The notes: a model not told the origin generated them from the sequence alone. Shown: positions 33,092-42,088, numbered from the stretch's first letter. The stretch: 64,000 bases of DNA from Phycisphaerae bacterium (GCA_030425705.1 JAUHZU010000004.1:267132-331131), one strand, 5' to 3'. Program-made: numbers and translations.

Positions 33092-33724
33092 TTAGAAACC
33101 CCGGACGGTATAAACGCCCCGCTCGTCACGCTCGGTGACGACGACCACTTCGTCGCCTCGGTTCAGGGGCGTGCTGCCCGCGGGCAGCCGGACGCTGATC
33201 CGCAGGGGTGACCCATCGGTCTCGATCTCGGCCTGGCCGTGGCGGTCGTCCAGGGTCGCGGAAATGACTTTGCATCGCTGCCCCATGACCTCGACTTTGC
33301 CCGCGTTGGCGTCGCGTTCAAGCTGCTCGAACAGCCGACGCAGCGGGTGGGTCAAGAACTTAGTCAACAGCAGCCCGAGGATGACCATCGGGACCAGGGC
33401 GAGCAGGTTGACCATCAGCGACCAGTCGCCGAACCACATCTTCGTCAGCACGCCGATGAGCCACAGGAACGCGACGAACACGGACAGCAGGATCATGATC
33501 GGCACTTCGCCGACGTTGAGGAATTTCAGAAACGACGTGAGGCCGTGGCCGCCCCCGCCGCCGACATCCGCGTCGGCGTCGGTATCGACATCCAGGTCAA
33601 GGTCGAGGAAGTCGAGGTCGGCCATCCCGACCATGACGACCAGCCAATACACAATCAGGCACCCGATCAGCACGGTGAGTGCGAAGTTGACGGGGGTCAT
33701 GATGGCGTCGATGAACTCGGTCAT
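33092..33724 (-). CDS. NfeD-like (YqiJ/YuaF-type) membrane protein with C-terminal OB-fold
   Basis: N-terminal TM segments, an acidic DLD repeat, and the C-terminal NfeD β-barrel (GQRCKVISATLDDRHGQAEIETDGSPLRISVRLP ... GDEVVVVTERDERGVYTVRGF). The canonical nfeD–flotillin pairing is present. The ORF is open to 33859. Confidence 0.8.
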   Translation of the reverse strand: MTEFIDAIMTPVNFALTVLIGCLIVYWLVVMVGMADLDFLDLDLDVDTDADADVGGGGGHGLTSFLKFLNVGEVPIMILLSVFVAFLWLIGVLTKMWFGDWSLMVNLLALVPMVILGLLLTKFLTHPLRRLFEQLERDANAGKVEVMGQRCKVISATLDDRHGQAEIETDGSPLRISVRLPAGSTPLNRGDEVVVVTERDERGVYTVRGF

Positions 33725-33952
33725 GATGGGTCGTGCGTAGGGACAGCGGGTCCCGGGTGGTCGCCGGGCGGGGGCGTACGTCCCTGCGGGTCGTGTTGGC
33801 CGGTCCCTCGGCCCCCCTGCCCGGGGGTGATCCGGGCCGCCTTCTGGCGTAGACAGCATAACGGCCGGCGGGTTCCCACGTCTGGGAATCGCCGGCCGCC
33901 GCGTCGCGGGGCCGTGGTGTGAAACTGGGGCGTCTGGACGCGCACCACGCCA

Positions 33953-33990
33953 CGAAAAACGCGGCGGCCGGTGAGGGCCGCCGCGTCTCT
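33953..33990 (-). terminator. Rho-independent terminator (minus strand) downstream of the 34016..34396 gene, insulating it from the nfeD operon
   Basis: gcggcggccgg-tgagg-gccgccgc stem-loop, followed on the minus strand by gttttt. Confidence 0.6.
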
Positions 33991-34015
33991 AGAGTCGCGT
34001 TCTCGGGGGTCGGGC

Positions 34016-34396
34016 TTAGCCGGCCTTGCCGAGGATCATCTCCATCTCTTCACCGTCTTCGACGACGACGATGTGGAGCTTGCCGACCGCGTCGATCGAC
34101 CAGTTGCCGGTGCTCTCCGGCTCGTTTTCGGGGTAGAAGGAGATGGTGCCGTCTTCGCTGGCCTCGTAGCGGACTTCTTCGGTCTGCTCCTGGCCGTTGA
34201 AGGTGACCTTCATGGAGATGGTGTCTTCGTCGACGAAGGTCAGGACCATGGAGACGCCGGGCGGCGGGGTCTCGCCGTTGAACGATTCGATGTTCCACGA
34301 GCCCATGAGGGCGGCGACCTCGGCGGCGTAGGCGGTGGTCGTGGCGGTCATGGCCATCAGCAGGGCCAACGAGAGGGCGGCGATACGCTTCATCAC
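34016..34396 (-). CDS. Small secreted protein (signal peptide; lipocalin-like β-rich), hypothetical
   Basis: MMKRIAALSLALLMAMTATTTAYAA signal peptide; 126 aa. Confidence 0.55.
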   Translation of the reverse strand: MMKRIAALSLALLMAMTATTTAYAAEVAALMGSWNIESFNGETPPPGVSMVLTFVDEDTISMKVTFNGQEQTEEVRYEASEDGTISFYPENEPESTGNWSIDAVGKLHIVVVEDGEEMEMILGKAG

Positions 34397-34474
34397 AATG
34401 CTCCAGGGTTGGGGTTAGGCGGTTCGGGGTAGGGCCTCATGATACGAGGCGGGGCTGAATCGGGTTCGCACAGT

Positions 34475-35494
34475 CTATCCGACAAACTCGTTGCCGACCT
34501 TGCGGGCCCGCTCGGGCTTGTCCAGGTCGATACCCAGGGTCGTGCCGGCCTCCACAAGGACGTTCCAGCCCGCGGCCATATACACATACCCCGTCAGGTC
34601 CCCCGCGTCGGGCACCCGGATCGTGGGGAAACGCGTCTGGCGTGTCGAAATCGCCACAATCTTCACCCCGACCCCCTCGACCAGCACCTCCTCGAACTTC
34701 TGCTCCTGCCCCTCGATCGGGTCGATCCAGAGCACCACGTCCCCGGCGTTCATGACTTCCTCCACCCCGTGGGCCGCGTACGTCCCCTCCAGGTAGTCGC
34801 TGGGCTTGCGCGTGATCTCGTTGGTCTTCAGCGTCAGCTCCTCGGCCACGCCGTCGTTCGGGCCGGCCCAGTAGATGACCGGGCTGTCGGCGATCGACCG
34901 CGTCACCGCCGCGGGGACCTCGGCCCGCAGCGCCGCGTCCATCGCGTCCGCCAGGCCGCCGAGCTTGCCCGCCAGGGTCTTGTCGCCCTCGGCCTCCTCC
35001 AGCAGCGCCTGGTAGAACAGCGCCTGCTCGACGACCGACTTGGTCGCCGCGACCGCGCCCTCCTCGCCGCAGCCCAGGACGTACTCCTGGTGGGCGAACG
35101 AGGCGAGCTTGCTGTCGGCGAAGGCGGCGAGGGAGAACAGCTTGTCGTGCCCCGCGTCCCGGAGCAGCTTGAAGAGCTGGATCACCTCGGCCGTCCGGCC
35201 GGAGTTGCTCATGCCCATCACCGCCCAGTCGGTAAGCCGGTAGGACTGGCTCTGGCAGCCGGCGTCGGTATGGAGGTGCGCCGCGTAGCCGCGCTGGCGG
35301 GCGACCTTGATCGCGTGCTTGGCCGGGAAGATCCGCGACGACCCCTCGCCGGTCATGTGCAGCTTCCCGGCCGCCTTCACGGCCGCGGCCGCAACGCCGG
35401 CCTGGTCACAGTCAAACCCGCGCACGATCGCGGGCGTGTCGAGCATGTCTTTACAAAGGCCGAATTCGGTGTAGCGGGGGTCGGTGGGGTTCAT
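34475..35494 (-). CDS. SIS-domain sugar phosphate isomerase/aminotransferase-like protein (AgaS/GlmS-isomerase-like)
   Basis: Two SIS-like halves; the motif MGMSNSGRTAEV (S-x-S-G-x-T) is present. Confidence 0.65.
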   Translation of the reverse strand: MNPTDPRYTEFGLCKDMLDTPAIVRGFDCDQAGVAAAAVKAAGKLHMTGEGSSRIFPAKHAIKVARQRGYAAHLHTDAGCQSQSYRLTDWAVMGMSNSGRTAEVIQLFKLLRDAGHDKLFSLAAFADSKLASFAHQEYVLGCGEEGAVAATKSVVEQALFYQALLEEAEGDKTLAGKLGGLADAMDAALRAEVPAAVTRSIADSPVIYWAGPNDGVAEELTLKTNEITRKPSDYLEGTYAAHGVEEVMNAGDVVLWIDPIEGQEQKFEEVLVEGVGVKIVAISTRQTRFPTIRVPDAGDLTGYVYMAAGWNVLVEAGTTLGIDLDKPERARKVGNEFVG

Positions 35495-35531
35495 ATGGGT
35501 TTCCTATCAATCCGTCAGATTCGAGCTGTAG

Positions 35532-36047
35532 CTACTCAAAGTACTGCGTAAAAACCGGCGAAGCCATGCCTTCTCTACCAGAACACAAGAAAGCGGAACA
35601 GACACCGGCATGATTCGGCTTCAACAGAACAACACGCCGCTGCCCATCAGGCAACTCATAGGCCGCGTAGACCTCGGCGTTGGTGTAGGCATACCAGTGC
35701 ATGTCCGGGTGCTGGGTCGAAAAGAAAAGACGCGAGGTATCATCAAGCGGTATATAGCTTGCTTTTATCAATACCTCCTCGATCTCTGTAAGCTCAACTT
35801 CCATGCGGCCGAGTCGAAACACATCGATACCACCCCAAAGCGCGAGCTTGATCCCTGTCGCGCTCGGTGGAGGGCGAAACTCGAATTCCGCGGCGATCGC
35901 TTGGTCGGCAGACACCTTGCCCGACGGACCCTGCCCAGACTTGTAGCGCCCGTGTGTCGCGTTGCTGCCACAGCCCATAACCGTGAGTAGTGCAAGCGCC
36001 ACAATGAGCCAGAAATAGGGATACAGTTGCTGAGCTCGTGGCATCAC
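35532..36047 (-). CDS. Hypothetical lipoprotein (lower GC)
   Basis: Signal peptide + lipobox-like LLTVMGCGS. Its start overlaps the PFK stop codon. Confidence 0.5.
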   Translation of the reverse strand: MMPRAQQLYPYFWLIVALALLTVMGCGSNATHGRYKSGQGPSGKVSADQAIAAEFEFRPPPSATGIKLALWGGIDVFRLGRMEVELTEIEEVLIKASYIPLDDTSRLFFSTQHPDMHWYAYTNAEVYAAYELPDGQRRVVLLKPNHAGVCSAFLCSGREGMASPVFTQYFE

Positions 36048-37324
36048 TTCTTCGCCTTCCTGATCGTCAGGTGCCCGTGCTCGGGGAGGTCGCCGATGAG
36101 GGGGGTGATGTAGTCGAGGAAGGCCTTGGTCACGTCCATGCCGTCGCTGCTGATGAACTTGTCGGGCATCTGGTGCTCGAAGTTGGCGACCTTGGCGAGG
36201 GGGGCGGTGCCGTAGCCCGCCTTGTAGGGCTCGCCCTTCTTGTTGGCACGCTGGATCGTGACCATGACGCCCGTTTCGCCCTTAGTCGCAAGCTGCACGG
36301 CCCGCTTGCCGCACTGGTAGGCCTCGGCGTAGTCGAGCTTCACGCCGCGGTCCTTCGCGGCCATCATGAGCGACTCGACGATCTGGAACTCGCCGCGCCA
36401 GCCGAACTTGTCGGCGATCATGCGGTGCAGCGCCATCGCGGCGCTGGAGCCGCCCATCGCGCCGAACTCGGTGTTGCCGAACTTGTCCTTGGTCCCGCTG
36501 GCCGAAACGGGGGTTCCGTCTTTGTAGGTGACGCCCTCGCCGCAGACGATGGAGACGTAGCCGTGCCTGGCGTGGGTCTCTTTGAGCTTCTTGAGGAAGG
36601 CGGTCTTGTTGAACGGCCGTTCGGGCATGAGGATGATGTGCGGCGGGTCGCCCTTGCGGCGTCGCGCGGCGGCGGCGGCGGCGGGGAGCCAGCCGGCGCT
36701 TCGGCCGACGGTCTGGAAGACGCTGAACTGGTCGACCTTCTGCATGTCGCGGTTGAGCAGCCCGCCCTGCTGGATCGACAGCGCGACATAGCGTGCGGCG
36801 GAGGGGAAGCCGGGCGTGTGGTCGGTGCCGTAGAGGTCGTTGTCGACGGTCTTGGAGACGCCGACGCCGCGCATGGCGTAGCCCTGGGCGTTGGCGTACT
36901 CGACGACGCGGTGGATGGTGTCCATCGTGTCGTTGCCGCCGATCATGAAGAAATAGCGGATGCCGTATTTTTTGAGCTGCTTGAGGATCGTCGGGAAGTG
37001 CTTGTCCTGGAGCTTGAGGCGGGACGACCCGAGCGCCGACGACGGCGTGTAGCGCACCTGCTGCAGGGTCTCGTCCGACTCGGCGGTGAGGTCGAGCAGG
37101 ACATCATTCAGCACGCCCTCGATGGCGAAGCGCATGCCGAAGACGCGGTCGATGGCCTTGGCTTTTTTTGCGGCATCGACGACACCGACCATGGAGGCGT
37201 TGATGACGGCCGTGGGGCCGCCGGACTGTCCGACGATGGCGTTGCCTTGGAGCATCTGCGTGGGTCTCGGGGTGCGGGTCTGGGCGGGAGGAGCGCTAGG
37301 GGCATCCCTACCGCGCGAAACCAC
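36044..37324 (-). CDS. 6-phosphofructokinase (PFK family A; possibly PPi-dependent)
   Basis: The PFK N-terminal motif AIVGQSGGPTAVINA and the GGNDT(M) variant of the GGDGS active-site loop are present. The true start may be the internal M at MLQGNAIVGQ. Confidence 0.8.
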   Translation of the reverse strand: MVSRGRDAPSAPPAQTRTPRPTQMLQGNAIVGQSGGPTAVINASMVGVVDAAKKAKAIDRVFGMRFAIEGVLNDVLLDLTAESDETLQQVRYTPSSALGSSRLKLQDKHFPTILKQLKKYGIRYFFMIGGNDTMDTIHRVVEYANAQGYAMRGVGVSKTVDNDLYGTDHTPGFPSAARYVALSIQQGGLLNRDMQKVDQFSVFQTVGRSAGWLPAAAAAARRRKGDPPHIILMPERPFNKTAFLKKLKETHARHGYVSIVCGEGVTYKDGTPVSASGTKDKFGNTEFGAMGGSSAAMALHRMIADKFGWRGEFQIVESLMMAAKDRGVKLDYAEAYQCGKRAVQLATKGETGVMVTIQRANKKGEPYKAGYGTAPLAKVANFEHQMPDKFISSDGMDVTKAFLDYITPLIGDLPEHGHLTIRKAKK

Positions 37325-37335
37325 GATTGTAAGCC

Positions 37336-38214
37336 ATGAAAGCTATCATGGCCCGCCGACCACTGCCGGGGGTTTCACCCAGCGCCGCCGACCGAGCCGA
37401 CATGAACGACACCGCCCCGCAACCCGTCCTGTACCTCGGCGACACCGCGTTGACCGCGGCCGCCGCCTACCTCGCCGGGGTGATGCACCGGGCGGGGCTC
37501 GCGTTCGACTACTGCCCCAGCGACACGCCGGTCGGCGATGCGCTGCGTGCCGACCAACGCCGGCTGATCATCCTCAGCGACTACCCCGCGTCCCGTCTCA
37601 CCGACGACCAGCACCGCGCGGTCGTCACCGCCCACGCCGCGGGCACCGGCGTCCTCATGATCGGCGGGTGGGAGAGCTACCACGGCCAGGGCGGCGGCTG
37701 GCACAACTCCCCCGTCGCCGACCTGCTGCCGGTGTCGATCAGCGAGCGCGACGACCGGGTGAACCACGACCAGGCCGCGTACCTCCGCAAGCAGCACGAC
37801 CACCCCACCGCCGACGGCCTGCCCTGGGACGACCGCCCGCCGTCCGTGGGCGGGTACAACCGCTTCCGGGTCAAAGCAGACCACTCCGGGGTCCGGCGGG
37901 TGCTGGATGTCGCCCGCCGCGGGATGCGCCGGGTCGGCGAGGGGTTCCAGCTCGCGTCGATGATCATCGACCCCATGCTCGTTGTCGCCGAGCCGGAGGA
38001 TGGGCGCGGCCGGGTCGCCTGCCTCGCCACCGACGCCGCGCCGCACTGGGTCGGCCCGCTGGTGGACTGGGGCACGGACAACGACGACGCGCCGTCCGGC
38101 CACGGCCGGGTCGCGTGCCACGCCCCCGGCGCGTTTGAGGTCGAGGTCGGCCAGCACTACGCCCAGTTCTTCACCCAGCTCGTCCGCTGGACCGGCAACC
38201 TCGAAGACAAGTAA
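37336..38214 (+). CDS. Hypothetical protein, possibly class-I glutamine-amidotransferase-like/ThuA-like fold
   Basis: 292 aa (LIILSDYPASRL ... GVLMIGGWESYHGQGGGW). The assignment is tentative. Confidence 0.4.
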   Translation: MKAIMARRPLPGVSPSAADRADMNDTAPQPVLYLGDTALTAAAAYLAGVMHRAGLAFDYCPSDTPVGDALRADQRRLIILSDYPASRLTDDQHRAVVTAHAAGTGVLMIGGWESYHGQGGGWHNSPVADLLPVSISERDDRVNHDQAAYLRKQHDHPTADGLPWDDRPPSVGGYNRFRVKADHSGVRRVLDVARRGMRRVGEGFQLASMIIDPMLVVAEPEDGRGRVACLATDAAPHWVGPLVDWGTDNDDAPSGHGRVACHAPGAFEVEVGQHYAQFFTQLVRWTGNLEDK

Positions 38215-38264
38215 CACGACTCTCCTGTTCACTGTTCACCATCCACTGTTCACTCGGCGAAGCT

Positions 38265-39080
38265 ATGCCCTTCCACTACGCCCGACACTCGGCCCACAAG
38301 GTCCACCGCTACGACACGCTCGAAGGCATCACCGGCAGCACGGATGTCTCGAAAGAGACCTGGCTGTTCGCCTGCCCGCACGACGACGACATCGCCATCG
38401 GGGCCGGGCTCTGGATGAAGGCCGCGTGCGACGCGGGCGTGAACGTCCATCTCCTCGCCGCGACCGACGGCCGGATGGGCTACTGCTCGCCGGAGGAGAA
38501 AGACACGATCGTCGAGACCCGCACGGCCGAGCTCTACGAATCCTGCCGCATCCTCGGGCTGGACGACCCCGCGAAGGTCCACCTGCTGGGCTTCCCCGAC
38601 TGCGACCTGGGCCGGTACCTCGGCCGCCGCCCCGCGGCCGAGGGCGAGCCGCAGATCGGCGGGTACACCGGGCTGCAGAACGCGTTCGTCAACCGGCTCC
38701 GCGCGATCCGGCCCGACCGGCTGTTCATGCCCTCCCCCATGGACTACCACCCCGACCACCAGCAGGTCTACAACGAGATGCAGATCAGCATCTTCCACGC
38801 CAACGGCACGATCTGGCCCGAACTGGGCGAGCCGACGGCGGTGCCCGAGGTCTACGAGATGGCGATCTACTGCGACTTCCCCGAGCCGCCGGACCTGCAG
38901 CTCCGCTGCGACGACGCGACATTCCAGCACAAGCTCGACGCCGTCGCCGCCTACCAGAGCCAGAAGCAGATCACGCTCCTGGTCGACAAGGTCCGCGAGG
39001 CTGGGGCGTACGAGTACCTCCGCGAGGTGAACTTCAAGTTCTACTCGTCCACGGCGTACAACCACCTGTTTGAGGACTAA
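38265..39080 (+). CDS. PIG-L/LmbE-family N-acetylglucosaminyl deacetylase
   Basis: Signature FACPHDDDIAIGAG (the AHPDDE motif) plus the downstream HPDH motif. Confidence 0.8.
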   Translation: MPFHYARHSAHKVHRYDTLEGITGSTDVSKETWLFACPHDDDIAIGAGLWMKAACDAGVNVHLLAATDGRMGYCSPEEKDTIVETRTAELYESCRILGLDDPAKVHLLGFPDCDLGRYLGRRPAAEGEPQIGGYTGLQNAFVNRLRAIRPDRLFMPSPMDYHPDHQQVYNEMQISIFHANGTIWPELGEPTAVPEVYEMAIYCDFPEPPDLQLRCDDATFQHKLDAVAAYQSQKQITLLVDKVREAGAYEYLREVNFKFYSSTAYNHLFED

Positions 39081-39094
39081 TCGTTTATCTAGGT

Positions 39095-39559
39095 CTAGCC
39101 CTCAAGCCGTACGGTTGTGCATTCATAATCGTTGATGCTCGCGGTGAGACTATGCCCCCAGAGATCTGGCTTGCAGAGGACACTCCATTCAGTCGAGTCG
39201 CCGTCAAGCTGAATGACGGCCGGCTTCATTTTTTCTAAGTAACTTCGCTTATCCGCATCTGGCCCATCATCTAGGTACAGGTCGCATAGAACTGTTTGTA
39301 TGGATCGCCAAGTGGTCGGCCAGTTGTCGAGGATGCAACGGCAAAGCTGGATATGATTTTCCCCCGGCTGCTCATCCTTGCTCAGGAATAAAAAGACCTC
39401 CGCTTTCCGGCCACTAACGCCCAAGCGTGGGCACAGTTCCCACAAGATTGCATCCGAGAGATAAGCTCTCGAACTAGTCACATCCCCAAACTCACCGAAC
39501 GGCCGCGTTTGAGGCTCGAATTTCGGGAACCACTTCCTGAATAGCCTTGACAGAGCCAC
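39095..39559 (-). CDS. Hypothetical protein (ORFan, lower GC)
   Basis: 154-aa ORF in an AT-richer segment. No domain recognised. Confidence 0.4.
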   Translation of the reverse strand: MALSRLFRKWFPKFEPQTRPFGEFGDVTSSRAYLSDAILWELCPRLGVSGRKAEVFLFLSKDEQPGENHIQLCRCILDNWPTTWRSIQTVLCDLYLDDGPDADKRSYLEKMKPAVIQLDGDSTEWSVLCKPDLWGHSLTASINDYECTTVRLEG

Positions 39560-39733
39560 GACCTATTTCCTTGGCTTGAGTGCAAACCATCATACTGGGG
39601 CGAGCAGGCCACGCTGCCTCCCCCCCCAACAAACCCCCCCAGATTCACCATCGCATCAACTCGCGCGGTCGGGGGCGACCGGGGGTGATACAATCCGGGT
39701 GTCCGTGAACCCTGTTCCCGAACCCCGGACCCC

Positions 39734-40504
39734 GTGAGGACCCCCACGATGGCCACCAGCTTCGGCGCCCTCTGCACCGACTTCTACATCAACCAGAAGC
39801 TCGCGCTCAAGATGGACCTGCCGTCCGAGCGCGAGACCACGCTGCACTTCTTTGAGCGCGTCCGCCAGGCCCTCCCGGCCATGAGCAAGTTCCGCAAGTA
39901 CGACGGCGAGATGGTCCTCGAAACCCCCCGCCGCAAGGACGACATCCGCAACTCCTGGCTGTCCGTGCGCAAGAACATCCTCCGCACCGGCACGGTCAAC
40001 CCCGACACGATGGAGCAGGCCTACCGCTTCCACGAGTTCGTCCTCCAGCAGGCCCCCTACCTCCTGTCCATCAGCCCGCTGGACGTGGACTACGTCGAGC
40101 TGACCTTCGGCTTCGACCTGGAGTGTGCCGAGAGCCAGGACGAGGTTATCTACCAGGCCCTCTTCGCCGACACCCCGCTGGGCAACGCGATGAACATCGA
40201 CGGCAGCAAGGTGCTGGACTGCCAGCCGTTCTGCTCGGTCAACCTGGACGAGCACGGGTCGATGCAGGCCTTCTTCGAGGTCCGCACCCGCCAGAAGTCC
40301 CGCCGCGGCGGCACCGGCCGGTACGCCGACGAGCCGATCGCCCTGAATCTGACCGTCCGCAAGTACGGCCCGGTCGAGAAGCCCGAGGACCTGAAGAAGC
40401 AGTTCCCCGACCTGGCCGAGACCTGCTCCCGCCTGGCGATCGACAAGCTGGTCCCGGACCTGCTGATGCCGATCAGCCGGTGCATTACGAGCAGTGCGGG
40501 GTGA
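39734..40504 (+). CDS. Hypothetical protein
   Basis: 256-aa ORF with typical high-GC codon bias. An alternative ATG start is at 39749. Confidence 0.5.
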   Translation: MRTPTMATSFGALCTDFYINQKLALKMDLPSERETTLHFFERVRQALPAMSKFRKYDGEMVLETPRRKDDIRNSWLSVRKNILRTGTVNPDTMEQAYRFHEFVLQQAPYLLSISPLDVDYVELTFGFDLECAESQDEVIYQALFADTPLGNAMNIDGSKVLDCQPFCSVNLDEHGSMQAFFEVRTRQKSRRGGTGRYADEPIALNLTVRKYGPVEKPEDLKKQFPDLAETCSRLAIDKLVPDLLMPISRCITSSAG

Positions 40505-40506
40505 TG

Positions 40507-40541
40507 TGGGGGCTAGGGTCTAAGGGCTAAGGTCTAGGGGG
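40507..40541. repeat. Left inverted repeat of the four-helix-bundle cassette (gggctagggtctaagggctaaggtctaggg)
   Basis: Its reverse complement matches 40936..40974 with 1–2 mismatches. It contains repeated CTAG-bearing units (gggtcta/ggtctag). Confidence 0.7.
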
Positions 40542-40547
40542 TGAGAC

Positions 40548-40907
40548 ATGAATGAGAAGGCGTACCGGAAGCTGGTCGCCTGGCAGAGGGCGATGGACCT
40601 TGTCGATGAGGTCTACCGGCTCGTCAAGCTGCTGCCCGCCGACGAGCGATTTGGTCTGACCAGTCAACTCACGCGGTGTGCCATCTCGGTGCCGTCCAAC
40701 ATTGCTGAGGGATACGGCAGGGAGCACCGTGGCGACTATGTCCGGTTCCTCTCGATCGCCCGCGGCTCGTTGATGGAGGTCGAGACACAGCTCATCATCT
40801 GTGCCCGCAACCACATCGACCGTGGCCAAGTGATACCGGCCTGGGAACTCGCACAGGAAACTGGCAAGCTGCTCACCGCGATGATCCGATCGCTGAAAGA
40901 GAAGTAG
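40548..40907 (+). CDS. Four-helix-bundle protein of the 23S-rRNA-intervening-sequence-protein family (TIGR02436/PF05635-like)
   Basis: 119 aa; conserved pattern (AWQRAMDLVDEVYRLVKLLPADERFGLTSQLTRCAISVPSNIAEGYGR ... FLSIARGSLMEVETQL). Confidence 0.75.
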   Translation: MNEKAYRKLVAWQRAMDLVDEVYRLVKLLPADERFGLTSQLTRCAISVPSNIAEGYGREHRGDYVRFLSIARGSLMEVETQLIICARNHIDRGQVIPAWELAQETGKLLTAMIRSLKEK

Positions 40908-40935
40908 CGCGTCACGGGCCAGCGCGTAAGCTTCC

Positions 40936-40974
40936 GTTAGACCCTAGCCCTTAGACCCTAGACCCTAGACCCTG
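40936..40974. repeat. Right inverted repeat of the four-helix-bundle cassette (gttagaccctagcccttagaccctagaccctagaccctg)
   Basis: It is the reverse complement of the left repeat and directly abuts the ddl reading frame. Confidence 0.7.
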
Positions 40975-40995
40975 AACAACCCACTCAACATCCTC

Positions 40996-41913
40996 GTGCT
41001 TCGTGGCGGCCCGGACCGGGAACGGCCGGTGTCATTGCAGTCCGGCGGTCAGGTCGCGCAGGCCCTGCGTCAGGCCGGGCATGCCGTGACCGAGTCGGAC
41101 GTGATGCCCGACGACCTGTCGGCGATCGACCACGCGAAGCGTGACGGGACAGACGTCGTCTTCCCGGTGCTGCACGGGCCGTGGGGCGAGGGCGGGCCGT
41201 TGCAGGCGGTCCTCGAGGACAGCGGGCTGCCGTTCGTGGGCTGCCGGCGGGACGCCGCCGCGCGGTGCATGGACAAGTGGGCGACCAAGCGAACGGCGCG
41301 GGAGCTGGGGATCCCCACGGCCGAGGCGGAGCTGCTGACGGCGCCGACCCAGCCGCGGACGGTCCGCGCCCCGGTGGTGATCAAGGCGATCGACGAGGGG
41401 TCGAGTTTCGGCATGGCGATCTGCCAGACCGAGGCGGAGGCCGACGCCGCGGTGGCGGACCTACTGTCGCAGTACCGGCAGGTCATGGCCGAGCGGTACA
41501 TCGTCGGCGACGAGCTGACGGCCGGGGTCCTGGCGGGTGCCGACGAAGCGCCCGTGGCCCTGCCGGTGATCAAGATCGTCCCGGCGGTGGCGTTCTACGA
41601 CTACGAGGCGAAGTACACCCGCGACGACACGCAGTACCTGTTCGACGCCGAGCCGGCGGACGTGCTCCATGAGGTGCAGGAGTACGCGGTGCGTGCGTTC
41701 GCCGGCCTGGGCTGCCGGCACCTGGCGCGGATCGACTTCATGCTCGACGCCGACCGCCGGCCCTGGCTGCTGGAGGCGAACACGATGCCGGGCTTCACCA
41801 GCCACTCGTTGGTCCCCAAGGCCGCGGCGCAGGCGGGCGTCCCCTTCCCCGCGCTGTGCGACAAGCTGGCGCGGATGGCGCTGGAGGCCCGCGTCCTGAG
41901 GTCCGAGGCCTGA
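40996..41913 (+). CDS. ddl: D-alanine--D-alanine ligase
   Basis: ATP-grasp Ddl motifs (VFPVLHGPWGEGGPLQAVLEDSGLPFVG; IDEGSSFGMAI; the C-terminal RIDFMLDADRRPWLLEANTMPGFT). The N-terminus starts at a non-ATG codon immediately after the cassette repeat, and the conserved first β-strand (…LNILVL) is encoded upstream without any start codon. Confidence 0.8.
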   Translation: MLRGGPDRERPVSLQSGGQVAQALRQAGHAVTESDVMPDDLSAIDHAKRDGTDVVFPVLHGPWGEGGPLQAVLEDSGLPFVGCRRDAAARCMDKWATKRTARELGIPTAEAELLTAPTQPRTVRAPVVIKAIDEGSSFGMAICQTEAEADAAVADLLSQYRQVMAERYIVGDELTAGVLAGADEAPVALPVIKIVPAVAFYDYEAKYTRDDTQYLFDAEPADVLHEVQEYAVRAFAGLGCRHLARIDFMLDADRRPWLLEANTMPGFTSHSLVPKAAAQAGVPFPALCDKLARMALEARVLRSEA

Positions 41914-42088
41914 GGTCCATAAGTCAGCACAGGACTCGAGAGTCAAGGCGCAAGCCCAGGCCACAACGTCACGCCCAACGTCCGCACGGGGTTACACGCC
42001 CCGAACCCGGTTCATTGTCGCCCGCACGCCCCGCGACCCGATAGCAACCCACTGGCGACGACCCCGACTGGTTCACCGTGGAGTTGAA

